Virus record (IMG/VR): IMGVR_UViG_3300028840_002702
Coordinates: 1-64,000 of that record
DNA length: 64,000 bases
Origin: a virus
Direction: 5' to 3' (one strand)
Both the position numbers and the translations under genes were made by a program. How positions within the stretch are numbered: position 1 is the stretch's first letter; each line of letters begins with the position of its first letter. This document shows, in pieces, positions 50,228-59,597 of this stretch. The notes under the pieces were generated by a model. It made no database searches and was not told the DNA's origin. It saw only the letters and a list, made by a program, of their open reading frames with translations.

Positions 50228-51517
50228 TTGAAAAAGATCTGTGTATTTAAAGTTGGTAAAAGTCCAAAGTTTTTCTGCAATGTAGATGTCAATGATCATC
50301 AATCGCGTATGATGGGTGACTGGGAGTTAGTCGAACTTATTCGACTACTCTCAAATGAACATCCTGATGATCAAATTTATATTGTAGGACGAGCAAGACC
50401 TCAAAAGGGTTTTGATTTTAATGAACAATTCCCAAATGGTAATGTAAAGTATCTTCGTTTTGATAAAGATAAAGAAGATACTTCATTTGAGGCTGCACAA
50501 TTCTATACTTCACATCCAGAGCTTGAAACAGTTGATGAATTCCATTATCTTATGGGTCCACATGCCAGATATAATGGAAATATGAAACTCTGGGATGACG
50601 AAAAGGATAAACCAGTAAAAAGTATGATGTGTTTTGAAAATTATGTAGCTCCTCTACATGCTTTAATGAACGCACATCCAAAAGCTGCCCATTTTCCATA
50701 CATTTCTGACCGTCGATATGTATTTATTGGCCGAGATTTGGTTACACAGCCCAAAATTATGCTTGCACAGAACGTCAAACCGTTCGAATTGGAGAATATT
50801 ACCTTCAATAAAGCTGATGAAACGTCAAAACAGGGTTCTCAAGGGCCTAAAAAGTACACAATGGTACCATTTAGGTTCGATACATTGGTACTTTATGGTA
50901 AAAATAGGGACGAAATGACCCAAAATATGGTAAATTGGGAGTCCAGACCGTACGAAATATCAGTTGTAGCCAATCAAGTGGCCCCAAATATGGAAGGAAG
51001 TAGGTTCCAGGAGATCAAAAAGAACGTTCTGGACGTATATCCGGCCGAAAAAGTGGGTATAATTGGTCAGTGGAAGATAAAAGAAGTGGTAGAAGACCAT
51101 ATAGATTACGTTCATGAGGGTAGAACTGATGGTTGGGGTACTGATTATTACGAAGAAATGAAGAAATTTAAGTATTCTATCATATTCTTTAACTGGAGAG
51201 ACTGTTCTACTAAGACATCTAGAGCTCAAATTAAGGATAATTGGATAACACCTAAGGTTTATGAAACAATGCTGCTTGGATGTGGTACTTTTATCCATGT
51301 AGAAGACCCTGAAATGCGTAAATGGTTCATTCCATACCTTGGAGATAAACTACTTTTCAGCACACCTGAAGAGTTGAAGCATAAAATTGATACTTTTACT
51401 AAACAAGATATCATTGATGCTCAATTAGAAGTACTAAAACAGTCATATTTTGATGGTTCTTACTTCAAAAAATTTATTGATAACGTAAGAAGTAAAATTT
51501 ATGGCAATAGTAAATAA
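50228..51517 (+). CDS. second GT-B-like glycosyltransferase (DNA beta-glucosyltransferase-like)
   Basis: KVGKS N-terminus, SDRRY, IIGQW, NWITPKVYETMLLG (compare T4 BGT ITLRVWET); TTG start with AAGGAG RBS. Confidence 0.55.
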   Translation: MKKICVFKVGKSPKFFCNVDVNDHQSRMMGDWELVELIRLLSNEHPDDQIYIVGRARPQKGFDFNEQFPNGNVKYLRFDKDKEDTSFEAAQFYTSHPELETVDEFHYLMGPHARYNGNMKLWDDEKDKPVKSMMCFENYVAPLHALMNAHPKAAHFPYISDRRYVFIGRDLVTQPKIMLAQNVKPFELENITFNKADETSKQGSQGPKKYTMVPFRFDTLVLYGKNRDEMTQNMVNWESRPYEISVVANQVAPNMEGSRFQEIKKNVLDVYPAEKVGIIGQWKIKEVVEDHIDYVHEGRTDGWGTDYYEEMKKFKYSIIFFNWRDCSTKTSRAQIKDNWITPKVYETMLLGCGTFIHVEDPEMRKWFIPYLGDKLLFSTPEELKHKIDTFTKQDIIDAQLEVLKQSYFDGSYFKKFIDNVRSKIYGNSK

Positions 51518-51884
51518 ACAATTTGAAGATTTTGTAGCATATGATCCACACCAACTAATAAATTGCGGTCATAACTGGCTACCAGAGAAAAGTAATATGT
51601 ATAAAGTAAACGATGTAATTAAATTTTCTAATACACAATTGGTTCATCCAGATATCATTAATAAAAAGTTTCTAATAACTGAACGATTAGTAGCTCATGT
51701 ATCAATGATTTCTTTAGATGAAGATGAAATTGCACTTAATATCGACTATCAAACTGTTCAAGATTTAGGTGGAGCAAAAATTGGATATCGTAGACAGAAA
51801 GCTGTTGGATTCTGGGCAAGTCTACGTAAAGATCCTGAATATGAAATTATTAATCTTGCAAATGAGAAAAATATAGATGGCTAA
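51501..51884 (+). CDS. hypothetical protein
   Basis: Coupled ORF. Confidence 0.55.
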   Translation: MAIVNKQFEDFVAYDPHQLINCGHNWLPEKSNMYKVNDVIKFSNTQLVHPDIINKKFLITERLVAHVSMISLDEDEIALNIDYQTVQDLGGAKIGYRRQKAVGFWASLRKDPEYEIINLANEKNIDG

Positions 51885-52083
51885 TTTTGAAAATATCTCA
51901 AATGGAAAACACGGTGAAAATTCAAACGCATTTTGTGAACATTGTTATACACTTGAAAAGGGTATTGAATTATATATGGACGGATGTACTTGGTGTAGAG
52001 CTTGTATGATTGCAAATGGTTGGACTGATGAAAAACTTAATGATATGAGAGATAATGGTACTGAATATGACGATACAATCTGA
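51877..52083 (+). CDS. small Cys-rich protein
   Basis: CEHC and CRAC pairs. Confidence 0.55.
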   Translation: MANFENISNGKHGENSNAFCEHCYTLEKGIELYMDGCTWCRACMIANGWTDEKLNDMRDNGTEYDDTI

Positions 52084-52324
52084 ACCAGAACATCATAAAC
52101 GTTATAGAGTAGCATGGGAGGCTCATAGAGATCCCGATACACCAAAATCTTGCTTAAAAGATATTGAAAATGAAATGGATAATGCTCAGAATGATTTTAA
52201 GTGGGATGAATTTCAAGAATTCAAACAAACACTTCCAGGTTATATAGAACATTGGGAAAAAATGAAAAATGATCTTGATAAAAAATTGCTTGATATTATT
52301 GACAAAGAGATAAAAGATAAATAA
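52067..52324 (+). CDS. hypothetical protein
   Basis: Coupled ORF, likely start MTIQSE. Confidence 0.55.
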   Translation: MTIQSEPEHHKRYRVAWEAHRDPDTPKSCLKDIENEMDNAQNDFKWDEFQEFKQTLPGYIEHWEKMKNDLDKKLLDIIDKEIKDK

Positions 52325-52941
52325 TGAAAAATACTATTGAACTTTTAGGAATTTATGGATCAGATTTAACACATGCACAATCGGCATGGACTTCAACTGA
52401 ACGTGAATTAGATCAAAAGAAATTAAATCGTGTACCACAACTATTAAAATATCTAGCTGAAAATAAACATGAAACTCCATTTGAGAAAAGTACATTACAT
52501 TTCTTGGTAACATCAGAAATTGCTTCTCATATTCACATGCTTAAACATCGAATTGGTGTTTCTATTAATGCTGAATCTGCTCGTTATAAAGAATTAAATG
52601 ATGACAAATACTATATTCCTGACGATTGGCCAGAATTTCTACGTAAAGATTATATCAATTATATGGAAAAAGCATTTGAAAAATATCATGAAGTTTTAGC
52701 TCATTTAGAAATAATTGGATTTGATAGAAAACGTGCTAAAGAATCTGCTAGATTTTATCTTCCATACGCTAATCAAATCAAATGTGATATAACATTTAAC
52801 TTTCGATCATTTGTTCACTTTCAACGTCTTAGAAATGATGAACATGCTCAATTAGAAATTAGAGAAATTGCGCAACAGATGCTTAAGTTAGTTAAAGATC
52901 ATGGTGATTTTTTCCATACAATTAATGCGTTTAACTTGTAG
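52324..52941 (+). CDS. thyX: flavin-dependent thymidylate synthase
   Basis: HETPFE, KHRIGVSINAESARY, KESARFYLP, NFRSF.HF..LR...HAQLEIR motifs. Confidence 0.92.
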   Translation: MKNTIELLGIYGSDLTHAQSAWTSTERELDQKKLNRVPQLLKYLAENKHETPFEKSTLHFLVTSEIASHIHMLKHRIGVSINAESARYKELNDDKYYIPDDWPEFLRKDYINYMEKAFEKYHEVLAHLEIIGFDRKRAKESARFYLPYANQIKCDITFNFRSFVHFQRLRNDEHAQLEIREIAQQMLKLVKDHGDFFHTINAFNL

Positions 52942-52971
52942 ATAAATAATGATTTTAGAGGAAACAGAATA

Positions 52972-53589
52972 ATGAGTGTAAAAGTACAATTTTGGTCTTA
53001 TAATGATCCTGATTTACATGTAGCATGGTTTCAAAATCTATCTGATTTAGATTATGTAGAAATTAAAGAAGGTGACATTTTATCTGAAGGTTGTGATATT
53101 TTAGTAAGTCCAGCAAATAGTTTTGGTTTTATGGATGGCGGCATAGATCTTCATTATAGAAATTTTTTTGGAATGGAGTTAGAAACCAGAGTTAAAAATG
53201 AAATTATTAATTATCGGGATGGTGAACTTCCTGTAGGAGATGCACTAACAGTACCAACAATGAATGAAAAATTTCAATGGTTAATGGTACTTCCAACTAT
53301 GAGAACACCAACTATTCTAAGACCTTCTGATCCAAATATTTATCTCGCGGCAAAAAGATTAGCATGGAGTATAAAAGGTTGGATGAATGAAGGTCGAGAT
53401 AAGATTATTGCAGTCCCTGGACTTGGAACCGGTGTTGGTAAAATGCCTCCAGATATTTGTGCTAAACATATTAGACTTGCTTTTGATAGGGTTATGAGTC
53501 CTAAAACTTGGTCTCCAACATGTTTTAGTGATGCTAAACTTCCTGGTGATACTCGTATGAGTATGCACGATTTCTTTCCTTCATTTTAA
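52972..53589 (+). CDS. macro domain (ADP-ribose-processing) protein
   Basis: VSPANSFGFMDGGID, PTMRTP, PGLGTGVG motifs. Confidence 0.9.
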   Translation: MSVKVQFWSYNDPDLHVAWFQNLSDLDYVEIKEGDILSEGCDILVSPANSFGFMDGGIDLHYRNFFGMELETRVKNEIINYRDGELPVGDALTVPTMNEKFQWLMVLPTMRTPTILRPSDPNIYLAAKRLAWSIKGWMNEGRDKIIAVPGLGTGVGKMPPDICAKHIRLAFDRVMSPKTWSPTCFSDAKLPGDTRMSMHDFFPSF

Positions 53590-53610
53590 TTAAAAAGATT
53601 TACACAAATG

Positions 53611-53639
53611 GTTTACTTAGAACTATTTGTGTTTATTTA
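53611..53639 (+). promoter_or_regulatory. early/middle promoter GTTTAC-N17-TATTTA
   Basis: Conserved spaced motif upstream of the kinase-hydroxymethylase operon. Confidence 0.5.
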
Positions 53640-53660
53640 TTTTTAACAAAGGAAATTAAA

Positions 53661-53900
53661 ATGGATAAGAAAATTGTAAAAATTCCTTTACGTGATCGTT
53701 TTCGAAATGGAGGAAATCAAAGAACTAGTATTCTTGGTTATCTTGAAACAGACGAAATTGAATTATCAACTTTAGCATGGTTATTAGCCAATAAAATTGA
53801 ATTGAAATTGGCTGGGGAAGTAAGACTTGATCAACATGGTCACTATGAATTAACAGAAATTAGATTTGAAGCAATTCCACATGAGCGTAATAAAAAGTAG
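53661..53900 (+). CDS. hypothetical protein
   Basis: 79-aa ORF with AAGGA RBS. Confidence 0.6.
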   Translation: MDKKIVKIPLRDRFRNGGNQRTSILGYLETDEIELSTLAWLLANKIELKLAGEVRLDQHGHYELTEIRFEAIPHERNKK

Positions 53901-54444
53901 TATAATAGTAGAAGGTTTAGATTGTACAGGAAAAAGTACAATAATCAAACATATTCAAAATGAAATTCCTCGATTAAAATATTATCATTTTGAATTCCCA
54001 CAAGGTAATACTGATATTGAAAAGTATGCATTTCAATGGGGTCAGTTTGATATGATGTTTAAATTTATTGAATTGACAAATGGTAGTACACAGTTTATAT
54101 TTGATAGAGCACATATCGGTGAATATATTTGGGGTCCAAAATATCGAAAAATGTTTCCTGATTATATGCCAATGATTGAAGATAAGTATAAAAATCTTCC
54201 AATAGTTTTACTTCATGTTCATGCTCACCATTCAAAAATTTATCAACGTTTTGAACAACGTGAAGATGAGAAAACACCTGGTATTATGTATATTAAAGAA
54301 TATCTAAATAAGTTTAGACTATTCTGTGAACGGAGTCCATTTTATACAATATCACTTAATACGACCGATTTGGAAACACCAGATCAAATTAGCGCTGCAG
54401 TTAAAGATGTAGTTAGACAAATAGACGAATTCGAAAATAAATGA
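53881..54444 (+). CDS. dNMP (thymidylate-like) kinase
   Basis: IIVEGLDCTGKST P-loop, FDRAHIGEYIWG..YR; start corrected to 53881. Confidence 0.85.
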   Translation: MSVIKSSIIVEGLDCTGKSTIIKHIQNEIPRLKYYHFEFPQGNTDIEKYAFQWGQFDMMFKFIELTNGSTQFIFDRAHIGEYIWGPKYRKMFPDYMPMIEDKYKNLPIVLLHVHAHHSKIYQRFEQREDEKTPGIMYIKEYLNKFRLFCERSPFYTISLNTTDLETPDQISAAVKDVVRQIDEFENK

Positions 54445-55175
54445 AAATTTTCAAAGACATACATAAAGCATATCGTGGCGTATTAATTGATGTTCGCGAT
54501 AATTACGATCACATTTGTGCTCCACGTGAACAAGAAATTAGAGAAATCAGAGACTACTCATTTCGTATTGATAATCCAGTAGCTGAAGCTATTATTACAG
54601 CTGATGAAAAACGAAATGAAGTTATTGAAGATTATACTATGAAAGAATGGAAATTGTACGATTCATGTAGTAACCAAGTTCAGGATTTTGCAAAAGCATC
54701 CAAATTTTGGAATAAGCTACAAAATCCTGATGGTACAGTGAACTCAGCATATGGTTATTTGATTTGGAAGAAAAAATCTTTTGGAACCATAGCTTACGGT
54801 GATGGTCTGCATAGAACTCCATGGGAATGGGCTAAAGAATCTTTGATAAGAGATAAAGATTCTCGTCAGGCATTTCTTAAATTCTCTTTGCCAGAACACC
54901 AATGGTTTGGGAATAAAGATCAGACTTGTACGATGCATGCTAATTTCCTCATTCGTGATGATAAGTTACATTTAACTGTTGTTATGCGTAGTAATGATGT
55001 TAAACTTGGCTTAGCTTACGATCTTCCATGGTTTGTATCTCTCTTGGATAGAATGCAAGATGATCTTATTGAGACTTATCCAGAATTGAAAATTGGAACT
55101 TATACTCATATTGCTCATAGTATGCATATGTACGAAAGAGATTTAGAAGATATTAGTAAGATGATCGGGGTTTAA
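54441..55175 (+). CDS. thymidylate synthase-fold dCMP hydroxymethylase-like enzyme
   Basis: VNSAYG, DSRQA, catalytic CT, MRSNDVKLGLAYD (Asp where dUMP-specific ThyA has Asn), HSMHMYE. Confidence 0.78.
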   Translation: MKIFKDIHKAYRGVLIDVRDNYDHICAPREQEIREIRDYSFRIDNPVAEAIITADEKRNEVIEDYTMKEWKLYDSCSNQVQDFAKASKFWNKLQNPDGTVNSAYGYLIWKKKSFGTIAYGDGLHRTPWEWAKESLIRDKDSRQAFLKFSLPEHQWFGNKDQTCTMHANFLIRDDKLHLTVVMRSNDVKLGLAYDLPWFVSLLDRMQDDLIETYPELKIGTYTHIAHSMHMYERDLEDISKMIGV

Positions 55176-55188
55176 CTATCCTAAAATT

Positions 55189-55464
55189 TCATTTCTTGGC
55201 TAATTCATTTTTTTCATTAATGGAATCAAATTCAATACAAAGTTTAATCATTTCAGAATTTAGTTGTAGTTTTTGATTTTGTTTATTAAGAATTTTAACT
55301 AAACGTTTTCTTGTTGTTGAATCAACTGATTTACTTTTAAGAGCGTTTTCAATTTTAGAAATACGGACCATCTGAGATTGACGTTGAACATGAAGCTGTA
55401 TCATTGTATCAGATGCCATTGTCACTGTAGAAACTAATAAAAGAGCCAAGATTAGAAATTTCAT
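55189..55464 (-). CDS. small secreted/periplasmic protein
   Basis: Signal peptide MKFLILALLLVSTVTMA followed by a coiled coil; AAGGA RBS. Confidence 0.65.
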   Translation of the reverse strand: MKFLILALLLVSTVTMASDTMIQLHVQRQSQMVRISKIENALKSKSVDSTTRKRLVKILNKQNQKLQLNSEMIKLCIEFDSINEKNELAKK

Positions 55465-55639
55465 TAAAATTTTTCCTTTTGGTTTAAATTGTATAATATT
55501 ATATAGAATTTTCTATGCCAAACTTGGAAAAAATGACACATTTATTTATGACAGAATAACTTACGACTATCTATGATAGAAGCTAATGAGAATGTGTGAC
55601 ATTAATATCACATTATAATGAGATATAAAAGTACCAACT

Positions 55640-55924
55640 ATGAATAAACAACAAATAAAAGAGACAATAATATCCCTTTATCCTGACTTAACGTCATCAC
55701 AACTCAATGAAATAACTGAGTATATAATGATCTCTGAAGTTGATTTTGATAAAGTATTAATTGAAGAATTTGCACAAAAAATACAAAATTATATTGATAG
55801 ACAAACATGGAGTCTTTTAAGAAGTGCAATAATGGAACAAGATGAATTTGAAGAAACAAAAATGGTTACTCCGTTTAATCCGTTTGAAAATAACTTAAAT
55901 ATATTTGGTGATAATGATGATTAG
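55640..55924 (+). CDS. hypothetical protein
   Basis: 94-aa ORF. Confidence 0.55.
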   Translation: MNKQQIKETIISLYPDLTSSQLNEITEYIMISEVDFDKVLIEEFAQKIQNYIDRQTWSLLRSAIMEQDEFEETKMVTPFNPFENNLNIFGDNDD

Positions 55925-56297
55925 TTTATGGAAAGATAAAAATACTGGTGAGTGGATTACAGATGATGGTCAAATATTTGATATTGATGATTATATCTTA
56001 ATAGATATATTTGATTTTTGTGGATGCGGTCATACAAAATCTGCAGTTGAACATATTATCGGTGCTCTAAAACTTATTAAAGAAAAAGATGAAATTAATA
56101 AAAATACTAAATTCGAAGATTGGTATGAAGAATGGGCTGAAAAAGTAAGTAATTTCTTTAATCATGATAGGGGTGCTCAAACAATTATGTGGTATTGTTT
56201 TGACAGAGCGGGACTTACTGACCATGGTGGCAGTGTTCCTGGTTGGTTAACTGAAAAAGGATATGATCTTATAGATCTATATGAAAAGGTAACTTAA
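55914..56297 (+). CDS. hypothetical protein
   Basis: FCGCG...HGGSV.GWLTEKG motif recurrent in phage hypotheticals. Confidence 0.65.
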   Translation: MMISLWKDKNTGEWITDDGQIFDIDDYILIDIFDFCGCGHTKSAVEHIIGALKLIKEKDEINKNTKFEDWYEEWAEKVSNFFNHDRGAQTIMWYCFDRAGLTDHGGSVPGWLTEKGYDLIDLYEKVT

Positions 56298-56299
56298 AA

Positions 56300-56677
56300 A
56301 TGAAAAGTAGACAAGGATTTGTAAGTAATAGTAGTTCATCTAGCTTTGTTATAATTGGAGCTAAACTTAAACAAGATATTCAAAATATTTCTGAAGAAAA
56401 AATGATTGAAATTATGAAATCATTTAAACTTGAATATGATGAAAAATATCCTGAAGATTCTTTTTGGGATTATGCATATTGTGAAGATTTTGGTGGTATT
56501 GGTATCGTACATAATACTAATTGTGTTGGAAAAACAGTCGCAACATGGGATGATTGTACTAGTATCAAAGAATTTAATATGAAAAATTTTGATCCTGAAA
56601 AAATTAAAAAACAAATTAAAGATATATTTGGCGAAGATGTTGATGTTAAAATGTATTGTGGAATGACATACGGGTAA
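56300..56677 (+). CDS. GFVSNSSSSSF-leader protein 1
   Basis: N-terminus MKSRQGFVSNSSSSSF. Confidence 0.7.
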   Translation: MKSRQGFVSNSSSSSFVIIGAKLKQDIQNISEEKMIEIMKSFKLEYDEKYPEDSFWDYAYCEDFGGIGIVHNTNCVGKTVATWDDCTSIKEFNMKNFDPEKIKKQIKDIFGEDVDVKMYCGMTYG

Positions 56678-56682
56678 AAATT

Positions 56683-57369
56683 ATGAAAAGAAGAGACGGA
56701 TTTGTAAGTAATAGTAGTAGCAGTAGTTTTATTCTTGGATCTCATAAAACTGTTCTTCAATATGCTATTGATATGGTTCCCTATAGAGAATGGGAAAATA
56801 TTGACTGTGAATTAATTGAACAACTACGAAGTCTTCAAGATGATCCAACATGGAATGATAATGCGCCAATAATGTTTAATTCTTGTAATTATGATACATT
56901 AATTGCTAGACTTGGTGATCATGTTTATATAAGTACATGTAATAATCATCAATTTTATAATGCCTTCGACCATGAAGATATAGTAAATGTTAATCCCGAA
57001 ACTGCTGAAAAAGAACTTGGTATCATAATGAATCCAGGAGAAGCTACTGATTATGCATATGATCTTTATGACTTATATCTGGATAGCTATAGTTTCTACT
57101 TTACACATGTCAGTGAAGAATTTATAAACGAATCTAAAACTGATATTAGAGATCAACCAAAACGTATTAAATCTATGGTTGATAATGTTGCAAAAAGTAC
57201 TGAAAAAGAAGACAGATGGGAATGTAATACTTCTGATCTATCTTTTGATGAAATGGTTGCTTTAATGTATCTTATTAAATCCGGTCAAGCAGATACTATT
57301 ATTTGTATCTCAGATACAACATTCTCTCGACTTGATAATAAAATGAAAGATAAATTCATTAAATACTAA
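56683..57369 (+). CDS. GFVSNSSSSSF-leader protein 2
   Basis: N-terminus MKRRDGFVSNSSSSSF; start corrected to 56683. Confidence 0.7.
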   Translation: MKRRDGFVSNSSSSSFILGSHKTVLQYAIDMVPYREWENIDCELIEQLRSLQDDPTWNDNAPIMFNSCNYDTLIARLGDHVYISTCNNHQFYNAFDHEDIVNVNPETAEKELGIIMNPGEATDYAYDLYDLYLDSYSFYFTHVSEEFINESKTDIRDQPKRIKSMVDNVAKSTEKEDRWECNTSDLSFDEMVALMYLIKSGQADTIICISDTTFSRLDNKMKDKFIKY

Positions 57370-57387
57370 TTGTAACTGCGAAACATT

Positions 57388-57414
57388 GGAGTCGGCTTTA
57401 TGTCGGCTCCTTTT
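57388..57414 (+). terminator. intrinsic terminator
   Basis: GGAGTCGGC-TTTAT-GTCGGCTCC stem (G-U pairs) followed by TTTT. Confidence 0.8.
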
Positions 57415-57422
57415 GTTGTTTT

Positions 57423-57430
57423 TATAAATA
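57423..57430 (+). promoter_or_regulatory. T4-type late promoter TATAAATA
   Basis: Exact consensus after the terminator, upstream of the AAGGA RBS of 57453. Confidence 0.75.
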
Positions 57431-57452
57431 TTTCATAAAAAGGATTTATCAT

Positions 57453-58004
57453 ATGAAATTTAACACAATAATGGAAGCATTTAAAATACCTTCTAAACAA
57501 AAACGTTTAGAAAAGATTGGTTTTAATGAAGAATTATTCCAACAAAATATTAAAGAAGCAAGAGATAATACTAGCTTCAATGATTTTGATATTAAACTAG
57601 AATCGGATTTAACACCTTATGGTCTTGAAAGTCTAGTAACACGTCAACTAATAAAATCTGCTGAATTATATGATGGATTTAAACATGAAAAAAATACAAC
57701 ATTCGACTCAGTAATATTATTCATAAAAGAAGCTGAAGACTATAAAATCGACCTCAAGTACATAATTAAATCTGATGATTATGAACAAGTCGAAATATCA
57801 TTTTATGTATTCTTTGATTATCCTAATTATAAACTATCAAAAGGTACATTTGGTGCACGAAAATTTTATAACAGAATAACACATGAAGATGTTTTAGATC
57901 TAAGAAACTATATCTTAACACCAGATGATGTTAGTGTTAGTGAAAGTTGGGGTATTACAGTTGATACTTCTTATTTTAAACTTAGTGAGCTCAGAGATGA
58001 ATAA
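57453..58004 (+). CDS. putative internal head protein (leader MKFNTIMEAFKIP)
   Basis: Shared EAFK.P leader; late promoter. Confidence 0.55.
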   Translation: MKFNTIMEAFKIPSKQKRLEKIGFNEELFQQNIKEARDNTSFNDFDIKLESDLTPYGLESLVTRQLIKSAELYDGFKHEKNTTFDSVILFIKEAEDYKIDLKYIIKSDDYEQVEISFYVFFDYPNYKLSKGTFGARKFYNRITHEDVLDLRNYILTPDDVSVSESWGITVDTSYFKLSELRDE

Positions 58005-58521
58005 ATTTACAAACAAATATAATACTTTATTGGAAGCATTTAAACTTCCACAATCTAATACACTAATTAGGCAGTATCAAAATTTATACGATTTAACAGA
58101 AGAACAAACTGAAAAATTCATAAAACATGCGGATTTTGTTGATAAATTAAAAACGATCAAATTTGAAATTCCTGTTAGTAAAGATCCAGATAATAATTAT
58201 GATATGGTTGGTAAAATCCATAAAGTAATTGAAAAGGTCTTACCAAAAAATTATGAAATTGACGCAATGAATAATGTATTCTGGGGTAAACCAATGTTTT
58301 ACACTAAAATAACAGTTGCTAATAGAGAAAATGATGGTACTGCTGCGATAGTTATTCATATAAATCAGGCCGCCAATGGTAAAATTATTGTTGATAATTT
58401 TATTTATTTTGATGATGTCAAATTTTTAAATTCAGAAGAAGTATCTTTAATGGATGATACAATAACAGATAATATCTTTAATGATATAAGATCAGTACCA
58501 AATATTTTTTCAGTAAAATAG
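57997..58521 (+). CDS. putative internal head protein (leader MNKFTNKYNTLLEAFKLP)
   Basis: Start corrected to 57997; shared leader. Confidence 0.55.
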   Translation: MNKFTNKYNTLLEAFKLPQSNTLIRQYQNLYDLTEEQTEKFIKHADFVDKLKTIKFEIPVSKDPDNNYDMVGKIHKVIEKVLPKNYEIDAMNNVFWGKPMFYTKITVANRENDGTAAIVIHINQAANGKIIVDNFIYFDDVKFLNSEEVSLMDDTITDNIFNDIRSVPNIFSVK

Positions 58522-58530
58522 GAATATAAA

Positions 58531-59076
58531 ATGAATAAATTTAATAACAAATATAAACAATTGATAGAAGCATTCAAAGGTCCATCAAAAGACCAAATAT
58601 TAAAATATTATGGGTTAAGTACTGGTGAATTTTTACAAAAGTACAAACTATTTTTTCGCGATATAAGTTTTAAATCATTTGATATTTACATTTCTGAAAA
58701 ATTTATGGAAGAAATAATTCAAATATTGATTAAATCATATATTGGTTCTAAAAATAAGATCTGGAGTGATACACCGGATCTTACATCACTTATAATTGAA
58801 CGTAATTTTGATGATGAATCAGTTATTTGGTTATATTTTGACTTTATAAATCTTAAAGAGAAAAATATAATTGATGTTTCATTAATGTATGATCCTCATA
58901 ATCAAAAAGTTGATAGATCTTTATTTATACGTGGAAATCAGGTATTTAATATTGATGGTTCTATGTTAGATGAGCAAATATTGTATAAATTTATAGATAA
59001 AATGCAAAATATAAAATTAGATGTCGAATTAGGTAATAAAATTATACATAGTCTTAATACGGAAGATTTAAAATGA
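58531..59076 (+). CDS. putative internal head protein (leader MNKFNNKYKQLIEAFKGP)
   Basis: Shared leader. Confidence 0.55.
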   Translation: MNKFNNKYKQLIEAFKGPSKDQILKYYGLSTGEFLQKYKLFFRDISFKSFDIYISEKFMEEIIQILIKSYIGSKNKIWSDTPDLTSLIIERNFDDESVIWLYFDFINLKEKNIIDVSLMYDPHNQKVDRSLFIRGNQVFNIDGSMLDEQILYKFIDKMQNIKLDVELGNKIIHSLNTEDLK

Positions 59077-59597
59077 AATTAGAAACATTTTTAGAAGCAT
59101 TCAAAGTGCCACAACATGAAGATTTAATTAAAAAGTTCGAAGTAGAAGGTGCCGTAGAAATGTTCAAACTATTTGGACAAATCAAGTGGGATCCATTTAC
59201 ATTTGAATTTATAGATCAGATAAAACTTGATTATGAAAAACAACAAAATCAATCATTTTCTCTCTTAATTACACTCTTTAAAAATATGAATTATGATACT
59301 AAAATATTTGAAGCAACATTAGAAAATAAAATATATGTTCGCCCACTATCTGATGATTTAGTGCAATTTGATGGAACTAAATTTTCTATATCAGTTGCAA
59401 ATTCTGGTAAAATTATATTCAATATTGAAGCAGTCGCTCAAAATGAAAATTCGTTATCACGCTTTTCTCAAATAGGACCATTTGAAATCTACGATGAAAA
59501 GAAAATGAATACTGCTATTAATATCATTACTTCAGATTACGCTACACTTCATCTCATTGACGATGGCGGTCAAGGTTCAAAAATTCAACTTCCCTAA
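59073..59597 (+). CDS. putative internal head protein (leader MKLETFLEAFKVP)
   Basis: Shared leader. Confidence 0.55.
   Translation: MKLETFLEAFKVPQHEDLIKKFEVEGAVEMFKLFGQIKWDPFTFEFIDQIKLDYEKQQNQSFSLLITLFKNMNYDTKIFEATLENKIYVRPLSDDLVQFDGTKFSISVANSGKIIFNIEAVAQNENSLSRFSQIGPFEIYDEKKMNTAINIITSDYATLHLIDDGGQGSKIQLP

Noticed and set aside
54441-55175. Ordinary thymidylate synthase ThyA
   Set aside because: Asp replaces the dUMP-specifying Asn and ThyX is already present, so a cytosine-modifying role is more likely
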